57,469 nucleotides of DNA from Welwitschia mirabilis. Taxonomy: Eukaryota. The stretch is taken from the NCBI GenBank assembly GCA_051453625.1, contig JBOZIK010000001.1:44178731-44236199 (forward strand), read 5' to 3'. Position 1 is the first letter of the stretch. Each line of letters starts with the position of its first letter. Positions 38,190 through 53,000 of the stretch are shown here, in pieces. The position numbers were made by a program, and so were the translations under genes. The notes under the pieces were generated by a model. It was given only the letters and a program-made list of their open reading frames with translations. It was not told the origin of the DNA and did not search any database.

Positions 38190-41100
38190 TTAGTTAAAGG
38201 ATGGAGAGATAACTTCTAATTCACAATTAAGTCTTAAAAAGTTATTAAACTTTAGGGGTTTTATAAAAATATTAGCTAGTTCTTTATCATGCTTACAAAG
38301 TTCATAGAAATATTACCTTTTTCTAATTGATCTCTAAGGAAGTAGTGTCTTACTTTAATATATTTAGTTTGAGAATGTTAAATAAGGTTTTTTGAGATAT
38401 TAATTATTCTAATATTATCTCCAAATATTGGAAGGTATTTAAAATTAACTCCAAAGTATTTGAACATTTCTTTCATGCATAGAAGATGAGTACAACAACT
38501 TCCTACTACTATATATTTTGCTTCTACTATGGAAAGAGAGATAGAGTTTTGATTCTTACTTGTCCATCCTACTAAGCATGATTTTAAAGAAAAAAATTTT
38601 TACTAGTTCTTTTAAAATCATTTTTATAGCTAGCCTAGTCTGCATCACTAAAACCTACAAGCTTAAAGGAATTTTCTATAGCATATCATAGCCCAAAGTC
38701 ACTTGTGTCTTTTATATATCTTATGATCATTTTGATAGCTTGGAGGTGTAATTACTTTGATTGAATCTAATATGTTGCATATATAATAATACTAAATATT
38801 ATTTTAGGACTACTTGTGATTAAATACAATAGACTTTTGATTATGATTCTATAAAGGTTTTGGTCCACAAATTTTCCATGATCATCAAGACTGACCTTAC
38901 ATGAAATTGACATAGGTATATCAGTTTATTTTATATTTTCTAGTCCAAATTACTTGATCAAGTCCCTTGTGTATTTAGATTGAGAGATGAAAATCCCATG
39001 TTTTGTTTGTTTTATTTGAAGACCAAAAAACATGTGAAATTCACCTAGCATACTCATGTCAAATTGTGCAGTTATAATGCTAGCGAATTATTTTAAAAGA
39101 TTTTCTTTTGAGGCTCCAAAAATTATGTCATCAACATAGATGTAAATGATCATAAAGTCCTTTTTACAATTTATGATAAATAGAGTTTTACCTAGAGCTC
39201 CACAGGTGTTATCATTTTCTTTAAAAAATGTTACTATTTTTTTATACCAAGCCCTTGGAGCTTGTTTTAAGCCATATAAAGCCTTTTTAAGTCTATAGAT
39301 ATGGTTTGTTTTATGTCGATCTATGAAGCTTGTAGTTATTTCATATAAACTTCTTTGTTGAGAGGTCCATTTAAAAAGTCACTTTTCAAATTCATTTGAA
39401 AAACTTTGATGTTTTTAAAGACTATAGAGGAGAGAAACATTATAATTCTATTTAGTCTAACCACTAGAGGAAATGTATCTTTAACATTTATTCTTTCATT
39501 CTAGTTCTATTCTTAAGCCACTAATCTTGCCTTATTCTTAATCACATTATTGCATTCATTACACTTAGTCTTAAAGATTTATTTTGATCTAATTATATTT
39601 TGATCCTTTGATCTTTCTACAAGTTTTCAAACATCCTCTCTTTTGAATTGTTGAATCTATTCTTGCATAGCCATCATCCATTCTTTAAGAGATTCAACCT
39701 CTTTAAATTTTTAGATTCAATTTAAGAGACATAACAAATCTAAGTATAGAAATCTTTAAGAGAGTTTTTAATTTAAATTTTTAAGCTTACATCTCTAATA
39801 ATGGACTCAGGTGGATGATCTTTAGCTATTTGATCTTTTTAGAAGTAACCTCTTGAGATGGCTCTTCTTCCTTTTTAGCTATTGCTTCTTTTACCATGGG
39901 GATACTTGGAGTAAGATTTTCTTTACCATTTGAAGGAAGAAGTCTTATACTAAAGTCATCTATTTGGATGTTTATAGATTCTTCCCCTATTAGACTTCTT
40001 TTATTGAAAACTTAGTAGGATAAAATTCTAGTTGAATATCCTAAAAAGATTAATTTATTATCTTTGGACTCAAATTTACTCAAATGTTATATATATTTTA
40101 AGATAAATCATTTACTCTAAAAAACCTTAAATATGAAATATTTGATTTTCTTCCTTTCTAGAGTTCATAGGACATTTTATCCATACCTCGTCTTAGACTC
40201 TATTGATAATGTAGCATGCAATGCTTATTGCTTCAACCCAAAATGTTCTAGGAAATTCCTTATCATTTAGCATTAATCTTATCATTTTTTGAAGGACTTG
40301 ATTTTTTCTTTCTATAATTCCATTTTGTTGCAGAATCTTTGGGGCTAAAAACTGATGTTTTATACCATTGTCTACACAATACTTCTTAAAAAGATAATTT
40401 TTAAATTGTCCTCTGTGATCACTTCTAATTATTTTAATAGTGTATCCTTTTTTATTTTAAATTTTATTACAGATTTCAACACAAGTTTTTAAGATTTTTG
40501 CTTTATTTTCTAAGAAAGTGATTCAAGTAAATTTAGAGAAGTAATTTATCATAGTCAAGAAATATTGTTTTTCTCCTAGAATTTTAGTTTGGGTAGGATC
40601 CACCAAGTCCATGTAAATAAGTTCAAGTAGCATTGTTGAGAAGACTAAGTTTTTACTTTTATGAGAAGTTTTGACTTGTTTTCCTTTTTGACAAGATTAC
40701 ATAATCCATGTTTTCCAATGTTAATCTTAAGAATTCCTTTCATGATCTTCTTTTTAAGAATTATTTTAAGATGATCATAGTTTACATGTCCTAATTGTTA
40801 GTGCCATAATTCTTCTTGATTTATATGATAAAAATAACAAGAAGATAAAGATTTATTAATGTGATAAACATTATCTATTTTATTTTCTTTAAGAAGAATC
40901 TCATTTGTTTTATCATGTCTAACTTTACATTTTTGACTATCAAAGATAACTTTATGATCTTTATAACAAATTTGACTAATACTCAATAAATTATGTTTAA
41001 GACTATTCACATATAAATATTTGTTAATTTTAGACATGTTACCTTTATTAATGCTTTTAGTGCCTTAAATTTTTGCTTTTCCATTGTCATCAAACATTAC

Positions 41101-42976
41101 TTCTCCTTCATCAAGGTCATCCAAATGTTGAAATCTTTATTTATCACCTATCATGTGCCAAGAATAACTAATATTCATGTATGATCAAGTTTCATTTGAT
41201 ACTTTAAAAGTTGTTTAGATTAATAAACTTTTTAAATTATCAGCCCTTACACATTTATTCCATTTGGAATATTATGGTACACATCCCTTGAGATAAATTT
41301 AAATGGAAAAGTACTAACANNNNNNNNNNNNNNNNNNNNNNNNNNNNNNNNNNNNNNNNNNNNNNNNNNNNNNNNNNNNNNNNNNNNNNNNNNNNNNNNN
41401 NNNNNNNNNNNNNNNNNNNNNNNNNNNNNNNNNNNNNNNNNNNNNNNNNNNNNNNNNNNNNNNNNNNNNNNNNNNNNNNNNNNNNNNNNNNNNNNNNNNN
41501 NNNNNNNNNNNNNNNNNNNNNNNNNNNNNNNNNNNNNNNNNNNNNNNNNNNNNNNNNNNNNNNNNNNNNNNNNNNNNNNNNNNNNNNNNNNNNNNNNNNN
41601 NNNNNNNNNNNNNNNNNNNNNNNNNNNNNNNNNNNNNNNNNNNNNNNNNNNNNNNNNNNNNNNNNNNNNNNNNNNNNNNNNNNNNNNNNNNNNNNNNNNN
41701 NNNNNNNNNNNNNNNNNNNNNNNNNNNNNNNNNNNNNNNNNNNNNNNNNNNNNNNNNNNNNNNNNNNNNNNNNNNNNNNNNNNNNNNNNNNNNNNNNNNN
41801 NNNNNNNNNNNNNNNNNNNNNNNNNNNNNNNNNNNNNNNNNNNNNNNNNNNNNNNNNNNNNNNNNNNNNNNNNNNNNNNNNNNNNNNNNNNNNNNAGAGT
41901 TATTTTTCCATATTACCTTATTTAATTGATGATGTGGTTTTTGAGATATGAAGCCAATACCTTTTTTATCATGAATGAGTTTTTGTATCCAAGCATCTAT
42001 TTCAATTTACTTAAACAATTTGAGAATTTATTTATAAAGTGAGACAAGATTTCTACCTCTTAAATTAGCTTGAAGTTCCTATGTAAACCATCTTATACTT
42101 TATCTCCAACTCTTTCTTTTTCTTGTTTAGAGCCTTTACTATTTTGTTTAACTTGTTGATCCATTTTACCAATTTTTTACATTTTTAATAGAGTTCTTGT
42201 TGAGTATCTTCTATCTCTTTTTGATCTTCTTTAATAAGGTATAGATCATCTAGTTTCATTGGGCAAAGCATGTTTTTCATTAGAGGGACTATTGCCATTA
42301 AGGAAAGTCTTTTGTCTCTATCTGATTCTTAACTTAAGCTACTGTCTTCTTCTTCATCTACATTATCCTAGATGGTAATGAAGGATGATGTTTTGGACTT
42401 CTTATGATCTCTTTAATTATTTGAACATTTGTTTACAACATGTCCATATCCCTTACACACATAGCATTGGATCTTCTTTTCATTTCTAGATCTCCTCTTA
42501 AGTTGAAGTGATACCTCTTTGGTCCCTTAGTTGATTTACCATCTCTTGTTCTTTTGTACAAGAATTTTTTAAATCTTCTTACTAAAAGAGCAACCTCATT
42601 TTTATTAAGATCATCATCTAATTTTTTAAATCTAGACTCTTCCTATATACTTTTCAATTTAAAGCTTTTTTTTTAATCTTTAGAAAACTTTAACTCATAA
42701 GTTTGAAAATTACCTTATAGTTCCTCTAGTGCCATTCGATCAATATCCTTTCTTTCCTCAATGGCTATGATCTTTAACTTAAAATGTTTTAGAAGAAATC
42801 TTAGAACTTTTTGTACCTTTTTTATTTATCCATTTTCTAACCTAGAATTTCCATAGAGTTTACTATGTCTATTAGTCTAGTAAGTAACTCTTGTAAAGTC
42901 TCTTCTTATTTCATATAGATGTTTTTAAACTTAGAGATAAGCATCTGTAGCTTTGCCTATTTTATAGTGAATGTTC
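38190..42976 (-). pseudogene. B gag(3' part)-pol pseudogene
   Basis: Knuckle IQCYVCKGYGHVVNKC (~42428-42475); integrase (ORF 40798-41037; RSDHRGQF ~40405-40428); RT LYGLKQAPRAWY (~39245-39280) and IYVDDIIFG (~39117-39143); RNase H to 38190. Confidence 0.93.
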
Positions 42977-44320
42977 TTATAGGATTGAGATTCCTAAGAG
43001 GGATGAATAAGGTTTAAAAATAATTAAATAAAATCATAAAATATATTCACATGAAATAAATACTAAAATATTTATGCTTATAAAACTAAAACTATTCTGA
43101 AAAATAAATAATAGAAAGCACAAAAATACTGATGAGGATGCATACAAGATTTATAGTGATTCAAGAAACCCCCTATTCCATTCTCACTGATTAACTTCTA
43201 CTTAAGACTGATCTATATTTTTATTAATCTCTTTCTAGGTATTTCAAATTCATTTATAACCTTTACAATTGGAATTTTCTAAGGCTTAATCTATATCTTT
43301 AGCAAGAATGTGAAGCGATGACAATGATGCACCATAATGTATAAGTTTCATCAGATCTCTAACTTAAGAATAATATTACTAAACTACTTAAGAAAATGGT
43401 ATGATCTATAAGCATAAAGTACAACTAACTTGATCAAATCCAAAATAATAATAATAGCTCTTGATTTATCTTTGATTAGGTAGAGAATATGCTAATGAAT
43501 TCAATAATGATTTTATAATGATTTAACAAAAGATGCAGTGAATTTTACTCTTGACAAATATGTAAGAGAAGTCTTTTAGGGTTTTTTACAAGTGAAATGA
43601 ATTTCCAATGAGTAAAAAATGGATTTATAATGGCTAAAAAAATATCGTTTTATTATGGCCAGTTAATTCCTGAAAATCTTTAGTCAATTCCATCTAGTAC
43701 TATTACTAAAATTAGTTACCTTTATTCTCTTTTGGTCAACTTCTATTTCTTATGGCTCTATGTCTAGTTAACTCTGTATAGTCTAGTCGACAATAGATCT
43801 AGTTTCCTACATATTCATCTAGTTAATCCCATATCTAGAAAGTTGCAAACACTATTTCACAGTATAGGTCCAATTAATTCCATAGATTTTTAGTTGAATC
43901 CTTATTAAAAAAGGGTGGAAATATCACTCCAAGTATAATTGACCCATTAGGAATCTAGTTGACTCCTTGCTGATCAGCTATAAAATATTAGATACTTAGA
44001 TCTAGTTGACCTCCCAAGAATTTGGTCAACCCCTTAATGACTATCTATGAAATATTAGATGCTTAGCTTTGGTCGAACCCTCAGGAACTTAGTTTAACCC
44101 TCTAAATTTAGTTTATTTTCAGTGTGAGCTTTAAGTATGGTCGATTCCTTAGGAATCTGATCAATCCTTTCAAGGGTATAAAAACTAACAAGTTTAGGTT
44201 CAAGTTTTAACAAAATGTTTTGACTTCTGACATGTAAAGATTAATATTTTCTGCACAAGATACAACATATTTTGCTAAATATAAAATGTAAGTTTGACAT
44301 CAAATTAGTAAATATTAAAA
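42977..44320 (-). repeat. C 3' LTR
   Basis: Collinear with 51670-53000 and with the reverse complement of S1; adjacent to a PPT (rc AAAGGGAAAAAT, 44321-44332). Confidence 0.9.
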
Positions 44321-44802
44321 ATTTTTCCCTTTGACATTGATGAAAAACTAATACTTAATTGAAAATATTAATTTTTAAAAAGATCTCCTTCAAATAATGT
44401 ATATTAAATTTGTGAAGTAATATTGAACATTTATATCAAATGAACCATTTATAGAGAGATCCCTACTTGTGCCATAATTAAAACAATTTGTAATATAGTT
44501 TATAAAGCATGTAAAATCCAAGATAATAAAACTTTAAGAAAGGGATATTCCATAGTCATTAATAAATATAAAAAATTATAATTCATGTTTAAATAAATGT
44601 ACATGAAAATGTAAGATAGAAATGATATCAAAAGGTATTTTATTACTTAATATTAAGAATTACAATGAAAAAGTGCTCATCAAGAGTAATTACAACTAAA
44701 TAAATTTGAACAAAAAATTAATTTTTTCTCCCCTTGTTGACATCAATAAAAAAGAATAGAAAAGAAACTAATAAGAAAAAATATAATCAAAGAGAGAGAA
44801 GA

Positions 44803-44851
44803 TCAGTCAAATTCTTTGGCTTTCACCTCTGATTCTTCTTTAGAATCTTCT

Positions 44852-44883
<32 letters not shown>

Positions 44884-45886
44884 CTCCTCTTCTTCAATAG
44901 CCTCCTGTTTTAAGCTTCTAGATTTCTTTGAAGTATCAAAAATCTCATACCTAGTTGTAATTAAAGCTTCTTTAATGTGCTTGGTATGAAAGCCTGTCCT
45001 CATTAGGTATGAAAGAGTTTCCTCTGGTGAGGCTTGCTTGGGAGAAGGATATTTATAGGATTTTTTAGAACTTACAAACATATGCATGTGAGTTAATGTT
45101 ACACATCCAGTGGTTGACATAGTATTAAGGTTTTCTAGCTTTAGATGCAACTGGACTCTAGATTGATAAAAAAATATTGGCAATTAACATTGAATATGAA
45201 AGAGTCTTAGTCTTATGATACTCCAACTGGAAGACCATATTTTTTAGCTTTATGGCAGGAGCATCAATAAAGTGTTTAGTTCCTATAAAATACATTAAAT
45301 ATACTCTATAATTGGAGGTCTTATCATGATAACTTGCTAAAGGTACAAAATTATAGGTAAACACTAAATGAAAGAACCTATACCTTGGGGTAAAGAGAGA
45401 AGTAGAAAGGGTGCTTTTTTACCTATGAAACTTAGAATAAAGTTCTTTTATTACCTCTAATTTATCTTTTATGAAGTTATGAAGAGGTTAAAACTCATCT
45501 TATTTTCCTCTTAGAAGATTAGAAATGGTAGTAATTTAGTATGCAATAACTCTCATATTCTTTCCCAAAACTAGGGTTTCTAGAGTATTAGTATTATGAT
45601 CAAAAGAAACATTGCTATAGAACATCTTTGTGAGAAAGGGATAGATAGGTACTAAAAAATTAAGAAAGTAGGAGATATTTAGATCTTGCAAAATTTTCAT
45701 CAGATTAGAAAGTTCTCTGAACTCTATTATAGCAACACCCCTCTCTTGGCACACAGGCTTCTTCTTAAAGTTTTTAAAAAACGTATCTGTATGGTCTTGA
45801 GATTTTCCATGATAGAAATACAAAGGATCTTTATTGACTACCTTCTTTTGTCTCCTTCTAGAGGGACCCTCAACCTTTACAACCAT
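44803..45886 (-). pseudogene. C env-like / accessory ORF, broken into three pieces (best preserved copy)
   Basis: ORFs 45536-45886 (MVVKVEGPSRRR...ERGV...YPFLTKMFYSN), 45158-45364 and 44803-45183 (poly-Glu tail). Confidence 0.85.
44846..44897. repeat. (TTC/TCC)n trinucleotide tract encoding poly-Glu on the minus strand
   Basis: Seen directly; the Glu run is in ORF 44803-45183. Confidence 0.9.
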
Positions 45887-46206
45887 ATGATAAGAGCTTG
45901 AAGATAAGAAAATCTAAAAGAAAAACCTCAATTTGAAGGAGACAAGTAACTAGACAATAATGGATAAGGTTTAGGCTCCACTAGATTTTATAAGAAAGGG
46001 CAATAAAGTGAGATTTGATAAAGAAATTAGATTCATCAACTTTTTACGACACTATAACCATATAGGTCTACTCAACTAGTTTAAGATCTAGTTAATCCAT
46101 TGAGACACAAATCATAGTACTTTAGTTCTGAGCAACCAGGTTTTTAAACCAATCAATTGGCCACATCTAGTCAACCGAATTATAGATCTGATCAACTACC
46201 TTTCAA

Positions 46207-49200
46207 TTAGTCAGAGGATAAAGAAATAATCTTCAGTTCATTGTAAAGACAAATAAAGTTATCAAAATTTAGAGGTTTAGTAAAAATATGAGTAATTTGA
46301 CAATCTATACTAACAAAATTCATAGAAACATTTCCTTTTTCAACTAGGTCTCTAAGAAAATAATATCTTAATTTAATATGTTTAGTTCTAGAATGTTAAA
46401 TAGGGTTTTTAGAGATATTACAGAAAATAGAAACCTATTCAAAAACTATACCAAAATCTTTTAACATTTCCTCCATTCATAGGATATGGGAATAATAACC
46501 CCCTACTACTATATACTTAGCTTTTATTATTAAAAGGGAGATTGAGTCTTACGTTTACTAGTCCATCCTACTAAGCACAATTCTAATAGAAAGCAATTAA
46601 TACTTTTACTTTTTTTTATCATCTTTACACCCAACCAATCTGCATCACTAAATTGTACAAGATCAAAAGATGTCTCTATTGGATACTATAATCGAAAATC
46701 ACATGTGCCTTTTATATATGTTATTATTTTTTTGATAGCTTAAAGGTGTGATTCTTTTGATTGGGTTAGATATCTAGCATACATAATAATACTAAACATA
46801 ATATCAGGTCTTCTTATAATTAGATATAACAAATTTCATATCATACCTTGATAAAGTTTTTGATCTATTAGTTTTTCATATTCATTGAGAATAACTTTAT
46901 AAGAAGTAGACATTAGTGTATTAGTTGTTTTAGCATTCTTCAATCCAAATCATTTAATCAAGTCCTTTGCGTATTTAGAAAAAGATATAAAAATTCAATT
47001 TTTTAATTTCTTAATCTATAAGCCAAGAAACATTCTAACTTTACCATGAATTCTTATCTCAAAGTGTGATTTTATGATATTGGAAAGTTCTTTTGATAAA
47101 AATTTATTTGAGGCATCAAAAATTATGTCATTAACATAAATTTTAATAATAATAAAATACTTTTTCAAGTTCTTGACAAATAACATTTTATCTACTATTT
47201 CATGGATACAACCATTTTCATTTAGAAATGTGGCTAATTTTTCATACCAAGCTCTTGGAGCTTACTTCAAATCATATAATACCTTTTTAAGTCTATATAC
47301 ATAATCAAGTTTGTAAGGATCTATAAACCCTTGCGATTGTTTTACATATATATCTTCATTGAGAGTTTCATTTAAAAAGGCACTTTTTACATCCATTTTA
47401 TACATTTTGATATTCTTAAAGACTACATAAGATAAAAACATTCTAATGCTATCTAGCCTTGCTACAGGGTCAAAACTGTCACCTACATTAATACTTTCGA
47501 TTTGGTTGTAGCCTTGTACTACTAATCTTGATTTATTTTTGATAATATTGTTTTGCTCATCACATTTGTTTTTGAAGATCTAATTTGTCCCAATAACATT
47601 TTTGTTCTTTGCCCTTTCAACAAGCTTCCATATATCATTTATTTTGAATTGTTACAACTCATTTTGCATGGCCATCATCCACTCTTTATAGGATTCTACT
47701 TCTTTAAACTTCTTAAGTTTAATTTGTGAAACATAATAAATATGAGCACAAAAATTCTTCATAGAGTTCCTTGTTCTAATATTTAAGCCAACATCTCTAA
47801 TGATAGACCCTAAAGGATGATATTTTAGCTCTTTAAACTTTTTGAAAGAGACTTCTTTTTTTGGTACTTCTTCTTCTTTTTTGATTAAACTTTATTTTGT
47901 TGTGAAAGTATCTGGAAGAATTTTTCTTCATAATTTAAAGGAAGGGGTCTTGTACNNNNNNNNNNNNNNNNNNNNNNNNNNNNNNNNNNNNNNNNNNNNN
48001 NNNNNNNNNNNNNNNNNNNNNNNNNNNNNNNNNNNNNNNNNNNNNNNNNNNNNNNNNNNNNNNNNNNNNNNNNNNNNNNNNNNNNNNNNNNNNNNNNNNN
48101 NNNNNNNNNNNNNNNNNNNNNNNNNNNNNNNNNNNNNNNNNNNNNNNNNNNNNNNNNNNNNNNNNNNNNNNNNNNNNNNNNNNNNNNNNNNNNNNNNNNN
48201 NNNNNNNNNNNNNNNNNNNNNNNNNNNNNNNNNNNNNNNNNNNNNNNNNNNNNNNNNNNNNNNNNNNNNNNNNNNNNNNNNNNNNNNNNNNNNNNNNNNN
48301 NNNNNNNNNNNNNNNNNNNNNNNNNNNNNNNNNNNNNNNNNNNNNNNNNNNNNNNNNNNNNNNNNNNNNNNNNNNNNNNNNNNNNNNNNNNNNNNNNNNN
48401 NNNNNNNNNNNNNNNNNNNNNNNNNNNNNNNNNNNNNNNNNNNNNNNNNNNNNNNNNNNNNNNNNNNNNNNNNNNNNNNNNNNNNNNNNNNNNNNNNNNN
48501 NNNNNNNNNNNNNNNNNNNNNNNNNNNNNNNNNNNNNNNNNNNNNNNNNNNNNNNNNNNNNNNNNNNNNNNNNNNNNNNNNNNNNNNNNNNNNNNNNNNN
48601 NNNNNNNNNNNNNNNNNNNNNNNNNNNNNNNNNNNNNNNNNNNNNNNNNNNNNNNNNNNNNNNNNNNNNNNNNNNNNNNNNNNNNNNNNNNNNNNNNNNN
48701 NNNNNNNNNNNNNNNNNNNNNNNNNNNNNNNNNNNNNNNNNNNNNNNNNNNNNNNNNNNNNNNNNNNNNNNNNNNNNNNNNNNNNNNNNNNNNNNNNNNN
48801 NNNNNNNNNNNNNNNNNNNNNNNNNNNNNNNNNNNNNNNNNNNNNNNNNNNNNNNNNNNNNNNNNNNNNNNNNNNNNNNNNNNNNNNNNNNNNNNNNNNN
48901 NNNNNNNNNNNNNNNNNNNNNNNNNNNNNNNNNNNNNNNNNNNNNNTCCAATCTAAGGTAAACTCTACTTATGATATAACATGTGATGCTTACAACTTTA
49001 GCCTAAAACGGTTTTGGAATCTCCTTGTCATTTAACATCGTTCTTATTATTTCTTGGAGGACTCTATTTTTTCTCTTAGTAATTTCATTTTGTTGAGGCA
49101 TTTTAGGGGCTGAGAATTAATATTTAATACCATTATCGATACAATGTTTTTTAAACAAATGATTTTCAAACTCATCACTATGATTGATTCTAATTTTCTT

Positions 49201-51625
49201 AATGATATAACCTTTCTTATTTTGAATTTTATTTCATATTTCAACCCGATGTTTATACATTTTAGATTTATGTATAAGAAAAGAAACCTAAGTAAATCTT
49301 GAGAATTCATCAACCATAGTTAAGAAATAGCGTTTTCTTCTTAGACTTTGGGTTTGAGCTAGTTCTACCAAATCCATATGAATAAGCTTTAAAGGCATTG
49401 TTGTGGAAACTTGGTTTTTACTTTTGTGTGATGTTCTTACTTGTTTTCCTTTTTGGCACACATCATAAAGAGCATATTTTTCAATATTAATTTTTGGAAT
49501 ACTTTTGAAAATATCTTTTCTAATAATCATATTCAAATAATTATAGTTTACATGATCCAAATGTTTATGCCAAAGCTCTTCTTGGTTTACATGAGAAAAA
49601 TAATAAGCAAAAAATGTTTTATTAATGCTATGGACATTATCTATTCTATTTTCTTTGAAAATAATATCATTTGTTTTACCATGTCTAACTTCATATTTCA
49701 TATAATTGAAAACAACCTTATGACATTTATCATAAATTTGACTAATGCTAAGTAAATTATGCTTTAAATGATTAACATATAAAACTTCATTTATTTTAGA
49801 TAAGTTACCTCCACCAATGCTTCCGATTCCTTCGATTTTAGCTCTTTCTTATCACCGAAAGTATCTTTTTCATTATTAAAATTATCTACCTATTTGATTC
49901 TAGATTGGTCTTACATCATGTATTAAGAGCAGCCACTATTCAAATACCAACTAGTTCCATTTAAAACCTTGAAAGCTATTTGAATTAAAAGATTTTCAAA
50001 TTATTAGCTTTTACCCACTTAGTCCTTTTGGACTGATGTGGTAACCTCCTCTTAGAATAAATTTGAAAAAAAAGGTGCTAACTAAATTTAAAAATAAAAT
50101 TAATTTTCTAGCATTACAAAATAGATTGGAATAATCTAACTTACCAAGCAAATAATATGAAGCTTTAAAAACAAACTTATTTTATCATGATACTTGATTT
50201 TGCTGATTTTGTGGTCTTAGAGGGATGAATCCAATACCTTCTTTGTTATAAGTTAGTTTTAATATTACAAGAATATATTATAATTTAGTTGAACTAATTG
50301 AAAATTTACTAACAAAATGTGATAAATTATTTACTCTAGAGAAAATTTGTAATTTTTAGATTTGATCATATTATACTTTATTTCCAATTCCTCTTTTTCT
50401 TTAATGAGAATTCTTATAATTTTCTTTAGATTATTAATACACTTTACCAATTTTTCACTCTCTATGTAAAGTTTTTGACAAGTGTTTTCAAGTTTATTCT
50501 TATATTCCTTAATAATATCTAAATCATCTAGTTCAGATGAGTAAGACAAGTTCTATAATGGAGGCATAACTACCATCAATAAAATACTTCGATCTCTATC
50601 TGATTCTTAGCTAGAACTATTATCATATTCTTCATCTACATTGTCCCATGTAGCAATGAATGAAGATGTTTTTAACTTTCTCTAATATCTCTTATTGTTT
50701 ATACACTTATTAGAAACATGTTCATAGCCTTTACAAGAATAACATTGGATCTCCTTCCCTTTTTCTTAATCTTTTCTAAACTTGGAGTGATCTCGTTTTG
50801 TTCTTCTGCTTGGATCACCTTCTTTCTTTCTTCTATAAAAAAATTTCTTAAATATTTTTGCTAATAAGATAACTTCATTATTATTAATATCTTTGTTTAA
50901 TTTTTTTGATCTGTATTCTTTCTATGTACATTTCAAAGAAATACCTTTCTTTCTATTTTTAGAAAATTTCAATTGATAAGTTTGTAAATTACCTTGCAAT
51001 TCCTAAAGTGCTATTATATTTATATTCTTGATTTATTTAATTATAGTAACTTTTGGCTCAAATATTTTTGGAAGTGACCTCAATACTTTTTGAACGACAT
51101 TTTCTTCATCCTTTTTTTTTTACCTAGATTNNNNNNNNNNTTTCCATGGAATTCGGATGTCTATTAATCTAGCAAAGAATTCTTAGAGTGTCTCCTTCTC
51201 ATCCATATAAATGTCTTCCAACTTAAAAATAAGAATATTAAGTTTATCTTGCTTAATAGTGGATGTTCTTTTATGTGCTATTTAAAGGGTATCCTAAGCT
51301 TTTTTTGCATGTTTACAGTTTATGATTCATTTGAACTCATTTGCACAATCTACATAAAAAATTGCATTAAGAGCATAGGCATCTATGATAGCTTTGGATC
51401 TATTAGTAGGAGTCCATTGGTCTCATATTTTTTCTACCACAATGGTATTTTTGTGGGCATTAGTTATAGTCATAGTGGGCATAGTGTAACCATTGTAAAT
51501 GACCTCTTTTATGTTTGCATCTAGGGATCTGAGACAAATTTCCATGTGGGCTTTCCTATATTCATAGTTTGACCCAAAGACATGGGTGGATGAAAAGTAG
51601 AAAAACCATCTAAAGGGTTACTCAT
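46207..51625 (-). pseudogene. C gag-pol pseudogene
   Basis: MSNPLDGFSTFHPPM start; knuckle IQCYSCKGYEHVSNKC (~50703-50750); protease WYLNSGCS (~49925-49950); integrase ORF 49288-49701; RT MDVKSAFLN (~47370-47396) and IYVNDIIF (~47120-47142); RNase H to 46207. Confidence 0.93.
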
Positions 51626-51669
51626 TTTTNNNNNNNNNNNNNCCCCCGCCCCCCCCCCCCCCCCCCCCC

Positions 51670-53000
51670 CCCCACCCCCATGAATAGTATTTAAAAATAA
51701 TAACATAAAATCACAAAAATATCTTAATATAAAAGAAACACTAAAATACTTATGATTATAAATCTAAAACTATTTTGAAAAATAAAAAATATATAGTACA
51801 AAAATATCAATAAGGTGCACATAAGGTTATAGTGGTTAAAGAAATCCCCTACTTTACTCTCGATGATTAGCTTTTACTCAAGTCTGATTCATATATTTAT
51901 TAATATCTTTTTAAGTATTTCAAGTTTACTTGTAACCTTTATAATTGAACTTTTTTGAGGCTCAGTCTTAAACTTTAGCAATAATATGAAGCGGTGATAA
52001 TAGTGTGCTATAATGCATATCTTTCACTAGATCTTTAGCTCAAGAATAGTATTATGACACTGCTTGAGAAAGTGGTACAATCTATGAGCATATAGTACAA
52101 TTGACTTAACCAAGTATAAAATAATAACAATAGCTATTGATTCATCTTTAATTAGAAAGAAAATCTGCTAATGAGTTCAATAATGATTTCATAATGATTC
52201 AACAAATGGTGTAGTGATTTTTACTCTTGAAAAATATGTAGAAGAAGTCTTTTAGGGTTTTTTTTTACAAGTGAAAATACTATTCAATAGATAAAAGATG
52301 GATTTCATAATGGATAGAAAAATATTATTTTATTCATGATTGGTAAACTTCTTGAAATGTTTGGTTGACTTCATCTAGAGCCATCAATAAAATTAGTCAT
52401 CCTCATGTTCTTTTGGTTGAACCCTATTTCTTCTCTATATCTAGTTGACTTCTCAGGGTTCAGTTGATCATAGATCTAGTCACTTACATATTCATCTAGT
52501 CGAACCATGTCTAGAAAGTTGTAAATACTATTTTGCAATCTAGGTCTAGCTAACCCACAAATTTTTAGTCCTCCTCTTATTGATAAAGGGTGAAAATATC
52601 ACTCTAGGTCTGATCGATCCCTTAGAAATTAGATTGATCCCTTGCTAATCAACTATGAAAGATCAGATACTCAGGTCTGGTTGATCTCTTAGGAATCTAT
52701 TCTATTTCTTGATGATCAACTATGAAATATTAGATGCTTATGTATAGATATTTCCTTAGGAATTTAGTGTACCCCTTTGAATTTAGTTTGTTTTTTGTGT
52801 AAGCTTGAGGTGTGGTCGACTCCTTAGGAATCTGGTCAATCCTTTTGAGGGTATAAAAACTAACAAGTTTAGGTTCAAGTTACAACAAAATGTTTTAACT
52901 TTCAACCTATAAAGATTAATAATTTCTACACAAGATACAACATATTTTGATAAACAGAAAACATTAGTTTGACATCAAATTTGTAAATGTTAACTTAATA
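51670..53000 (-). repeat. C 5' LTR (its 3' end and the PBS are lost in the N gap/C-run at 51630-51669)
   Basis: Collinear with 43004-44320. Confidence 0.88.

Larger units (their letters stand above)
42977..53000 (-). mobile_element. C: full-length Sirevirus nested in the gag of B (left end +/-1 bp)
   Basis: Paired LTRs ~42977-44320 and ~51670-53000. B gag resumes on both sides (ILEIS..GT | T.TIK*AKLQML). TSD is degenerate (TGTTC vs GGTAC, or GTTCT vs GTACT). Confidence 0.9.

Noticed and set aside
51521..51706. Poly-Gly ORF / C-run at 51643-51669
   Set aside because: It abuts an N gap where the partner LTR predicts a G-rich end plus PBS; most likely a sequencing or assembly artefact.
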